64,000 nucleotides of DNA from Selaginella moellendorffii (taxonomy: Eukaryota; Plantae; Lycopodiophyta). Positions 10,570 to 20,692 of this stretch are shown one piece after another. A program made the position numbers and the translations under genes. The notes beneath the pieces were generated by a model. That model was not told the DNA's origin. It did no database searches and saw only the letters and a list, made by a program, of their open reading frames with translations. The DNA lies in NCBI RefSeq assembly GCF_000143415.4, contig NW_003314278.1, forward strand, positions 822,371 through 886,370. The letters are read 5' to 3'. Within the stretch, counting starts at the first letter, position 1. Every line of letters starts with the position of its first letter.

Positions 10570-11704
10570 ATGGCTACTGCTGTTGGCCTTGTCGTAAAAT
10601 CGGAGTCTGCTGCTACGGCCATGGCCAATGGAGCTCGCACTCATCCCCCTCCTCCTCCTCCACCATGCGCAGCACCAACGCCCGGAGATTCCAAGCACCA
10701 ACTTCTTCACAATCCAGGCCTGGCTGTTGAGTGGAGCGCCGAGGAGCAATCCATTCTGGACGAGAGCCTCCACACGTCAGTCCCTCTCTCCATGTATCTC
10801 CTCCTCGTAACCTCTGTCTGTGTGCTCTCCTTGCAGCTTTGGGAGTGAGGCAGGCGTGTGGAAGTACATCAAGATCGCAGCCCTTTTGTCGGACAAGAGC
10901 GTGAGGGACGTTGCTCTGCGATGCCGATGGATGGCCGTGAGTTGTTTTCTTCCTTTGTCCGGGGAGCTCACACTGACTTGTGGGGGCTTTGCAGAAGAAG
11001 GAGGTCGGCAAGAGGAGGAAGGCCGAAGAACAACACAACGCTTCCAAGAAATCCAAGGACAAGAAGGTGAGCATTTGTCTCTTTTCTTTGGCCCTCGTTG
11101 GATCGTTGGTTGGTCGTTGGGCAGGATAAGACTGTAGACGTGAAGCCATCAACAGCAGCTCTGGCCAAGACCGGCGGCAACGGCAACAGCAACAACAACA
11201 ACACCAGCACCAACACCGGCTCCATGCCCATGTACTCTACCACGCCCCTTCCTATTGATGCCGACGATGGTATTTCAAACGAAGGTTCGTCCGCTTTGCT
11301 TCACTCTCGATGCCTGACGTTGTGCTTGTTTCCCGCAGCAATCGGTGGCACCGCCGGGGAGCTGTTTGACCAAAACCTCCAAGTGGTTGTGCAGATACGA
11401 GCCAACCTGGCTGCTGGCAAGGTATGTCGCTGTTGTTTTTGACGTCCTGGTTCTTGACAAGGGCGGTGCGATGCAGGCCCAGGAGAACACGGATCTCTTG
11501 GCCAAGTTCCGGGACAACCTGGAAGCGCTCCTCGACGGGTACATAAATACATACACGCTCTGGCTTGAAAGAACTTAATCCAGCTTTTCTTTCCATGGCA
11601 GGATGTCTAATGTATCGGGGATCATGAGCCACATGCCCCCGCTCCAGATTGCAATCAACAGGGAGCTGGCGGACACCATCCTTCCCACAAAGTCGCAGCC
11701 GTGA
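10570..11704 (+). CDS. DUF3755 family SANT/Myb-like protein (about 7 exons)
   Basis: HNPGLAVEWSAEEQSILD, YIKIAALLSDKSVRDVALRCRWM, KKEVGKRRK, ENTDLLAKFRDNL, IMSHMPPLQIAINRELADTIL. Confidence 0.85.
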
Positions 11705-11796
11705 TAAAGTGGGGGGACTAGCTAGGCTTATTCTTGTACAGAGATTTTAGGAGGAGCTAGGGCTTATAGGTAGGCGTGCGCGAGGTGGGCGGCGCC

Positions 11797-12074
11797 ATGG
11801 TGCAGGCGATCAAGGGCGTCCTGGTGAGCTGGTGCGTCACACTTGCCCGCTGCTTTTTGCGCTTGATGGCCGTGGCCGTGGTGCGTGCAGCGACATACCC
11901 ATGGCGCAGTTTGTCATTCACATGAACGAGCAGCTCCCCGCGGCCCAGCAGTTTATCATCTACGTGCTGGATGACACTAACATCTTCGTGCAGCCCAATG
12001 TCGTGGACATGATCCAGAAGCGGCTTCAGGAGTTTAGGGACCAGAACACGTACGAGAAACCACTCCAGGCTTAA
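11797..12074 (+). CDS. TFB5: TFIIH subunit 5 (p8/TTD-A/TFB5), 2 exons
   Basis: MVQAIKGVLVSC|DIPMAQFVIHMN..FIIYVLDDTNIFVQP..RDQNTYEKP; one GT-AG intron. Confidence 0.95.
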
Positions 12075-12116
12075 GCACTTTTGTAACCCCCTCCTCCCCT
12101 CTTTCCCACCACCGCC

Positions 12117-14341
12117 ATGAAAGGCCTCCTGCCCGACAGCAGGAGCATTTTCCTCAACCTCGCCGCTCGGTGCTTTGTCAAGGGCCTCCCATGCAAACGC
12201 AAGCGAGCGGACCACGCTACCAGCAAGCAAGACCGGACGAGAAGGCGCACGGTTTCCCCGGCCGCGAGCAACGCTCACCCCATCAGTGAAGAGGCCGTCA
12301 GGTTGGTACTGGTGCTCTGGTTGTTCTCCACCTCCTAACTCTACTGCAGCGTTCAACTTGTGGACGACAACAAAGCCATGGTCCGGCTTGCGGCCAACCA
12401 GGTACGCAAGCAACGAGAGACGCTCCCATGATCGCTTGTGAATCTGGCAGACTCTTGCGTTTGATGGATGTGCCATGGTGTGCCTGACCGAAGGAAGTGC
12501 TTCCATGCATGGTTACTCCCTTATTCGGGCCACGGAAGTTCTTGTGAAATCTTGCTCGACGCTATGCTCGGCTTTAACATTCCAGACGAGCCAAGGCGGG
12601 TGCGTCCTCCGTTTCAGCTCCTGCAGCCTCGAGCAGCCGGATGACGACTCGCTGTCTTTTACTCTCGTAAGTTGTGTTACATAGACCGGCACACCTTAAG
12701 TCTTCTGTTTGCAGGAAATTGTCGATGACTCCCGCTCATCTTCTGACCAAAATGCTGAATCCAGGAAAAGGAAACAAATAAGCAGTGACGTTGTGGAAGG
12801 AGCTCAGAAGCGCATGCGGCCGACCATTATACCTTGCGAGTGGTCGTCCACTGCCGACTTGATAATGTCCGTATGTGACAGGCTTCCACCTGTTGTTCCA
12901 GTCTGCGGAGGGAAAGGCGTGGGAAAGTCGACTTTTGCTCGTTTCCTCGTCAACAGATTGCTGACCAGGTGGATTCTTGATTTGTCTTAGACCTGGCTCG
13001 CTCATGCTCATGCAGGTACAAAGCTGTTGCATATCTCGACGCCGACGTTGGCCAGCCAGAGTTTACAATCCCAGGATGCTTATCACTTCACGTTCTTGAA
13101 GAACCGATCACTGGCAAGGATCAGCGCTTCTGGAATCGTTCCTTTTCTCATGTTTTTCATTGCAGGCTCTCCCGTCTCACACCTACGTGTCCCGCAAAGG
13201 TTTTATGATATTTTCCGACTTTCATGTTGCGTTTCCGACCCGCATACCCGCATCTTTCAGGTGCTTCTTCTACGGTGACATAACTCCACAATCGGATCCA
13301 AAGGCATATGTCAAATACTTCAAGGATCTTTACGACTCTTTTCGACGGGCCGCTCTTGAGATTCCGCTGGTCATCAACTCGCTTGGATGGCGGGCAGGTC
13401 CAGGATTTTTCTCGCTTGTCATGTATTCTAACTTTGCGTTCCAAAGGTGTCGGATACGACCTCTTGGTTGATATACTGCGTTATTCGACGCCCACGCATG
13501 TGGTAGAGATCCACTCTGCAGACCATGAGAGTGTTCCGCCGCTGCCTGATGGCATTGCCTCCGTCCTTCATCTAGAACGCGCTTTCTCCTGCTCGACTGA
13601 GCCTGACCGGTATGCCACTCAGCTTCTTTCGCATTCACCATCATGTGGAACTAATTCTTGCCTAGTGCTGTCAGGACGGCTGCTCAGCTTAGAGCTCTCA
13701 GAGTGGTGCATTACTTCCATGATTACGATAGAATCGATTCTTCGCTTGGCCTTCGATTTGAGGAAGTTGCAAGAACACTAGCCTGCCAGGGTCCTTATCA
13801 AGTTTCAGCGGATGATCTCAACATCGTGCATCTTCATGTCCAGGTTGAGACTTCCAGACTGGTCTTCCATGTAAACTCAACTCTTGTATACGATTTGGAC
13901 AGGTCCCACTATCTCAGAAGTTGTTCGGCTTGAATGCTCAACTTGTTGGTTTGGCTACCAGCTCTCACACTGGAGAAGAGCAACCCCCATGCGTTGGTTT
14001 CGGTGAGTGGCGTTTCTTCAGCTAGCATTCGAGTGAGCTGTCCGCCTTTTTCAGGTATTGTCCGGGCTATCGATGCTGACCGGCGCATCTTGTACATTCT
14101 TACGCCATGCTCGCCAAACGTCCTCGAGGGAGTGGACACTATACTGCAAGGTCGCGTGGACGTTCCTGCTACTCTACTACAGGTTCGTTGTAGCTTCAAC
14201 AAAGAGAATGTTGTTGTATAATTAACAAACCAGGTGGAAGGATACATGTGCCCCTATCTGAGCACAAGTCAAGTAGTTGAAGGCACCGGCTCATCTATTT
14301 TACGAAGACGACTGCCCAAGAGGAAGATTTCTTTGTCATGA
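12117..14341 (+). CDS. NOL9: Polynucleotide 5'-hydroxyl kinase NOL9/Grc3 (Clp1-type P-loop), multi-exon, one GC-AG intron; start codon tentative
   Basis: Walker A VCGGKGVGKSTFARFLVN, YLDADVGQPEFTIPGCLSL, PLVINSLGW.GVGYDLL, GIVRAIDADRRILYILTP, and C-terminal PY motif ending RKISLS* at 14339-14341. Confidence 0.88.
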
Positions 14342-14347
14342 TCGTTG

Positions 14348-15860
14348 TTATCTCACCGCTGCGAGTGTATTCTTTACCTTTGGAATACTAAACGAGGCTG
14401 AGAAAAAGCTAGTGTTTGTGGCACTGCCACTCGAGTCTCTTGCTCTTAGAACCCTTCCGCCACTGGAGCTTGAAGTCTTGTTCTGTAAATTAAATAGTCA
14501 GATGAGTGTTTCATGCGCATTTCTCACTACCTGGCGTCGCTTTCCAGTGTTCTCACCACGATTGGTGCGCTTTGCAGTCTTCTCCTGCATTTTGTGTTAG
14601 AAAAAGTATAACTTTGCTTGAAGGGAGGTGTACCCCTTCTCCTCTGGCTTTTCGAGAGCGCGAGCGCAAGCGCTTGCATTGCCCAGACTCTCCTGCGGCG
14701 ACGGCCTCCATTTCCGACGATAAGTTGCGAGTAGTGACGTCCTTCTTTCCAGTTTTCACGGGTTTGTCCAGCCTCTGGAAGAAACAGAACAGTAAGAAAA
14801 GCAAGCAGAGAAATTAAATCTGCGAACCCTTTTTTCGTCATGCTTGGCCTCCAGTTCAGCATACAACTCCTTCAGGTTCCTATTTTCCAGCCTTACCTCC
14901 TCCAGCCTTCTGTACGCATTTTGTAGCTCATCGCTTGCGCTTGTTTGCACCTTCTCTGACATGAGTTCGGCAACCATATTTTTCATCTCCAGGGACTCAT
15001 CTTCTGCTTTCTTCAATTCCATCTTCGTTATCGTCAGCTCCACTGCTCTTTCATCACCAACTCTCTGCGCCAACTCGTTACACTCTCGAAGCTTCGCGAT
15101 GTCCTCTTGACTAGCGAGCACTACCGCTTCTTTTTCTTTCAGGCGGCAGCAAAAATCGGCCTCCAAGCATTTCAGCTGATTCCACACGAAGTCCCTTTCC
15201 CTGAGAAGAGCTTGCAACTCCTTCGAAACTTTGGTCATTTCTGTGGCATGGCCGAGTTTCAACCCCTGGATTTCCAGCCGAAGATCCTGAATCTGCTGTG
15301 ATGCATCATGCAACTTATCCACAAACTCCGCTTCCTTCGTTGCTAAGACGGATTGTCCACCGAGGGACTGCTGCTGCTTGAGCCGCTCAACCTTTTCCTG
15401 CGTAATGTATGGCAATTAATCTTACAGCGAAGGAGTAACCAGGCAAGCACCTTTTCTAGTCGAACTTGGCTCTCCAGTAGTGTCACTCGGGTCTGGAAAT
15501 GCGTAAGATCGTCCACAGCGCTATCTGTCATTGCAAGGTTTTGAGCATGCGCGAAGGATGTACGTCGTTAACATACCCAGCTTGAGCTTGGTCAGAAAAA
15601 GTTCGTGCTGCTGAAGGCCCAGTGTGAGGGCAAGCTGCGCATTTTCATAGCTTTGAAAAGCCTCCGTATGCCTGTGAGCTCTCTCTCCCTGCAAGAGAAG
15701 CCCCTAAGCCCTAGCATTCGAATGAATCGACAAAACATACCACCAGAAGTCGATTCTCCAGCTGCCATTTCTCCGCTGCCCAGTAATCCAGCTGAATGTC
15801 GAGCTTGCGCGCAAGGAAATCCTCCTCTCTCACCATACCAAGCGTCGATCTAGCATCCAT
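14348..15860 (-). CDS. Coiled-coil protein of unknown function (about 7 exons)
   Basis: Spliced frame MDARSTLG..LENRLLV|GERAH..LGLQQHELFLTKLKL|..ERDFVWNQLK..|..FFSASFSIPKVKNTLAAVR*; heptad-rich middle and basic tail; short GT-AG introns. Confidence 0.7.
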
Positions 15861-15965
15861 CCTCTCGAAAGCAAAATAAAGCCGTTGGGCTAGGGCGAAT
15901 GGGCAGGACCCCATTTTAAACCTCGAGCCAGGCTTAGGGCGGAAGGGCTAGTTTGATCGGCGTCC

Positions 15966-17413
15966 ATGGAAGCGCATCAGCCTCCGCCAATCCAGAGGGC
16001 CCTTGACAAGGTGAGCGCCTCCTTCGCCCGCAAGGCTCTAATCTGCGGGTCGCGCAGGTGGATGAGATTGTAGCTCGGCTGCAGCAGCTGCAGACCGCGA
16101 TCGAGGTCACCAGGATGGCTGTTTCTTGCAAAAGCCCCAAAAGCGATGGCGCGCGACTCCAAAGGTAGCGGCTTTTCTGTGCTGTATAGGATTTCCCAGT
16201 GTTCTCTGCTGCAGAGTTGGACTCGATGACGATGCGATGGCGAAGCTATCCAATGCAGGTTTGTCGCCAAAATGTTTGTCTGGGATCCATTGGTTTACAC
16301 TTCTCTCCTTCGTGATGTATGTAGCTGAGTGGACGCAGTGGTCAGAATCGGCTGAGTCTGTGCATCGGGTACTCTCGGATCTTCTCGCGGCTGCCAAGAA
16401 CGCAAAGGAACTCTCTGGTGGGGTATCGCAAGTGTTTGAAGCAAGGCGGGGTTCTGCAAGTATACAGCGTGACAGGCGTCATGCAGATAGCCAAACCAAA
16501 GGGGATGCCTCGGCTACTTTGCATAGTGGAGTGGGCATCCAGGAGTTCGACAAGATTGAACAGCTTCAGACCTTCAACGCCCTGCCAGTAGCGTCACCGG
16601 CACCGGTACAGGCACCAGCACCAGCGGCGGCACCATCCATGAAGGTTACAAAGGTGAAACAATCTCAGAAGAGTTGGAAGTTGTCGCAGATGAAGTCCAC
16701 ACAGTCGAATGCAGTTATGTTTCCAAACCCTGCATACGAGACGACAAGCCCGCCAAGCTCGAAGCATTTCAGGGTATTAGCTCCGTTCAAGCATCCAGCT
16801 GCTAAGAAGACTGGAGTGGACAAAGCGCAGAAAGTGCCATTGCTTCGTGGTAAGAAGGGACAGACATCTCCTGTCAAGTCGCTTCCGGCACTGATTGACC
16901 GCTTGCCCTCAAAGAACAAACCAGTTACTCGTCCACGGCTCGCGACGGAGACAGTCACTTATTCCCTTGGTTCTCGGCTACCGGTTCCTCCAGCGCACTT
17001 TTCTCGTGGAGACAAGCACTCCGAGATCGCTGCCACAGGCCATAGCTGGAAGCATAGTAATCCGCGGCCTTTGAAGGTGTTAGAGGCAAGCAAGAAGACG
17101 TGCAAGGATGCTACTCAGGAGAAGAGGCAAGGTGTTGGGCGTGGTCAACACTACTCTAAACTGTCCAAGAACGCGAGTAGAGCGAAGTCGACTTCACCCA
17201 AGCGGCGTAAGCACTCGGAGAAGGAAAACCTCCTTACTAGCAACACCAGTTTGAGGCGGAGTTGGTCCGCGGGCAACGGATCCCTTGGAGCCAAAAACAA
17301 CAACCCAGGTACGCAGGCCGGTGTTGAGCTGTTTACCTCTGACCATTTGTTGAGCAGGGCATTCCATGCTAGAGCGTGCCAAAGGCTGGATGCTCCGAAA
17401 GCAACAGGTTTGA
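15966..17413 (+). CDS. Divergent TANGLED1-like microtubule-binding protein; probable last intron 17309-17357 (unspliced ORF would end at 17463)
   Basis: N-terminal exons IQRALDK|VDEIVARLQQLQ and |EWTQWS..VLSDLLAAAKNAKEL resemble TAN1 K|VDxCMxRLQELQ and EWRxMSLPAMLLGETVxEILQAS; internal VMFPNPAY resembles TAN1 VLFPNP; basic Ser/Pro/Lys-rich remainder. Confidence 0.6.
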
Positions 17414-17457
17414 ACCAAAACTCGTCTTTCTGGATTTGTACAAAAGCGTGTCCCGTG

Positions 17458-18381
17458 CTATGAAATGGTAACGTCGTCGACTTGATCTACGAGCGCGCGA
17501 GAATCAGCGAAGTTCAAGTACTGCTCCGACGTTTCCGGGATAGCTGGCTTCTCATGCAGCGTTCGGGAGATCTTGCCGTACGACTTGGCGTACAAGTGCT
17601 GCAACGGAAAGGGGTAGAGTCTGAGCGGCACGCACACAAAGCGAGGATGAAGACGCGAACCTGTGATGCATGGACGTGCCCGGTGTATCCCGTGACATGG
17701 TGCTTGCCTTCCATCACTTGTCGAGTGTCATCAAAGATTTTCAACCTCACCCTGTAGTCGGGCCTCAGCTCAAACATGGACGGCTGCATGGATCCCACAA
17801 GAGAAATAAAGGAGCACGCTATATAATCTTGCTTACCCTGGTCGTTTTCTTGTCCACTCTTATATAGTTGGGCCTAGGCTCCACTTCGAAGAAGCGCTCC
17901 TGACTTTGTGCGTAGAGGTCGACTTTCCCCTGGAGGAAGGAACAAGCAGAGTTAGACGCTTGCCCCATGCATGCCTCACCTGTGGTGGATTGTCGACAAG
18001 CTCGTACAGGCTGCCGGCATTCTTGCGCTCTCTCAAGGTATTTTCAGCCAAGGCAGCCAAGTTTGAGGCCGCTCCGGCCGTCTTAGCAAAGACGTGGTTG
18101 CTCTTGCTGGGAATATACCCCTGCCGTAGAAGCCAAAGTTGCTTGATGATTGCACTACGTAACATACATATCAGACCTGGTAACCGGGTATCCTGTGCTT
18201 GTCGGCGGTCTGCTTGCCTTGAGGCCGCGTGTCCCAATAGTAGAGGAGCTCCTTGACAGTGGGCTTGTCTGGGACACAGTGGTCCGTGATGATTTCTCGT
18301 CTGCTTGAGCCATAAGATTTGCCGAATATGTGTTGGGACCCATGCTGCATCACAAAGAGGTGGAATCCATGTTGTGTTGAT

Positions 18382-18418
<37 letters not shown>

Positions 18419-19019
18419 GTGACCTGTGTAGCCCGGGACCGTGGGGATCTCGGGCTGTTCCAAGCTCATTTTGTGGAAGGACTTGCGCAGCTGCAGGGTG
18501 GGATCTCTGTATGGTGCAACGGGAAGTGATGCAGATTTGACGGTCTTGGTGACACACTCTTCAGTGGTTCCTGCCACTTTCCTGTACACGAAACATGTCC
18601 ATTATAAACATGACTTCCCGTGCTCGTTACTCACTCCATGCCGCGCACATCCAGGCGCCCCGTGGCATGGAAGAGCGCACCGGATGGCCGCTTCTTGCTG
18701 ATGCGAGGCTCCAGCGCCCTCTTGTCCAGGAGCTCGTATCCCGTCTTTGCGGTCTGGGCGTAGAGAAAGTCCCTCCCTTGCGGCCGGGACTCGACAGTCT
18801 GCCACAGCACCGGTCTCCGTGCTAAATTGTGCGTGATGAGCGGCCGACACATACCAGAGGCGCCACACTCGCATAATCATCCCGCCGAAACGCCTTCTCG
18901 CACTGCGACGCACGGACTGTGGAATCCGAGAAACTCCTCCCCACAATGTGGTTGCGCATGCAGGGCACATGGCCGCCGTAGCCAGGCATGGCCTTGACAT
19001 ATTTGTCGCGCCGCACCAT
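17458..19019 (-). CDS. PGYxG-repeat protein, ciliary microtubule inner protein-like (FAM166/CIMIP2/FAP129-type repeats), about 8 exons
   Basis: Four repeats MPGYGGHVP, VPGYTGHQ, IPGYQGYIP, VTGYTGHV, each followed by H-x-F/Y-G/A-K/R-S/T; internal A-B-A-B duplication (RPQGRDFLYAQ / PPQGKVDLYAQ; QHIFGKSYG / QHLYAKSYG); canonical introns. Confidence 0.7.
18386..18414. repeat. (AG)n microsatellite in an intron, directly after the splice donor of the minus-strand gene
   Basis: About 14 perfect AG units. Confidence 0.95.
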
Positions 19020-19152
19020 CCTGATGTGCTGCGCTAGTTGAGAGCCCTAAATCTGTGCCAGCTGAACGCACGGCAGTTGCGAAGGGGCAAAAGTTTAAGG
19101 ACCGCCCATTCGGACCGCTGGGATCTAAAGGTCAAATCTTTTTCTTTCTTAA

Positions 19153-20448
19153 TCATCTCGTGACAACCTTGTTAATTTGGTCCAAATGTGAGAGGTGCGC
19201 ACCGGCAACATGATCTGGCGACGGGGCGGCGCAACAACAGTCCTCTGGATCGACGACGCGGTCCATGAGCAACTGGTAGCAATCCCAAGACGATATCTGT
19301 TTCAAGAGGACAGTGAAACAAGAGCCAAGAGAGGTGAAAGAGGCGTTTGGTGGCAAGGTAGGTCCTTTTAATTCTTTGATTTTATTTTGTCCGGTTTTGT
19401 TGTTATAAACGGTACCAACCATGTCAACCGCCAGCGTTGTCCGAAGACGATCCATGAAGTCGGCTGATTGCACGGGGATGCTCTCATCCAGCACACACTG
19501 AAGAATGCAGCTGCCGATCACAGATGGCTGGTACTGTAAGAAGGCTGCCTCTGCGCAAGACAAGACAAGGCGGTCGAGATTAGCATATATGTTCGGACAT
19601 TGCACGCAGCCATGCCTGGAAGGAGCCCAGCCACGAGCTCATCGGCCCTGGAGAAGAAGTAGTGGAGTGTGTGTGTGGGAAATGCGGCGCTACTGGCAAG
19701 GTGCCGGATGGCGTTGAAGATGAAGTCGTGGGGGGTGAGCGTGACTGCCGACCATCCCAGCGACCTGAGCACAATCAGCTCCATGCGCCGGATGCTGGCA
19801 GCATCGAACCCAACCTTGGCAGCAGCACCCTGCGCTCCAACCACATCCAGCAATCTTAGAGCAGGGGGACGCACTGGGAGGGAGGGGGTACCTTTAGGTG
19901 CCAGAAGTCGAGCACCCGGCTGCCACTGTACTTGGCAGCCAGCCACATGCAAGCCAGGCCCGCCAGATTCAGGTGCAGCGGAGAGTGACTCGATTGCACT
20001 TGACAAGAGCTCGAAGAAACAAACCGATCCAGCATTGATACCGCGCTGGCAGCCACAGAGACATCCAAACGCAGGAGACTTCGGAGCTGAAACAAGCTCC
20101 TGGTTATCTCAATTCCGCGCTTCACAATGCTGCACACAGTCTCACCTCAAGTATCCACACAACAGTTGCACGGCGGAGCTCCACGAGGGGCGATCGCTCC
20201 AGGAGCAGCTGTCGCACAAAGAGCTTGCAAGGCAGATAGCGTCCCACACTCTCCTGGCTGACGAGGAGTGCCATGCATTCCCCGAATTGGAGCGCGCAAT
20301 CTAGCTGGCACGGCTGGTGAAAGTCTTCACCACGCTCCCCCGACATTGCCAGCCGATCCAATCCCAAGATGGCGGTGCCATCGTCGCTGTGGGACATGGA
20401 TTCTTCACACAGGAGCAAACTGGATGAAGCCACGGCGGCCACCGTCAT
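19153..20448 (-). CDS. CYCD: Divergent D-type cyclin (about 5 exons)
   Basis: LxCxE retinoblastoma-binding motif (LLLCEE); cyclin box RRATVVWILE, AVSMLDRF, LACMWLAAK, IRRMELIVLRSLGW, LTPHDF, FLQYQPSVIG. Confidence 0.8.
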
Positions 20449-20692
20449 TGCTCCTTTGCTGCTGCTGCTGTTGCTATTACAACTTATAATGTTGTGTGAG
20501 AGAGGCTTTCCTTTTCTTTGCACTGCTACTAGATACGGCTCAAGATCCCAGGCACCCAGGAGCAAGTAGGCCTTCTTGGGGGTTATCTTTCTTCCGTTTG
20601 TGCGCAGGGAATATCTCAGTGCGTTTCTTGAGGGGATCCCGTCGCCATCACAGAATATCTCTCTTGTCCACACCGCCAGCCCTAAAAAAGCC

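Noticed and set aside
17458-17463. Apparent 6-nt CDS overlap (CTATGA) between the TAN1-like ORF and the PGY-repeat gene
   Set aside because: A typical 49-nt intron (17309-17357, GTACGC...CTGAC...GCAG) more plausibly ends the plus-strand gene at 17413; the overlap exists only if that intron is retained.
20576-20692. N-terminal extension of the amidophosphoribosyltransferase ORF (and 856-963 of the second gene)
   Set aside because: The first starts at a non-ATG codon and the second reads like UTR; the ATGs at 20693 and 964 give sensible N-termini.
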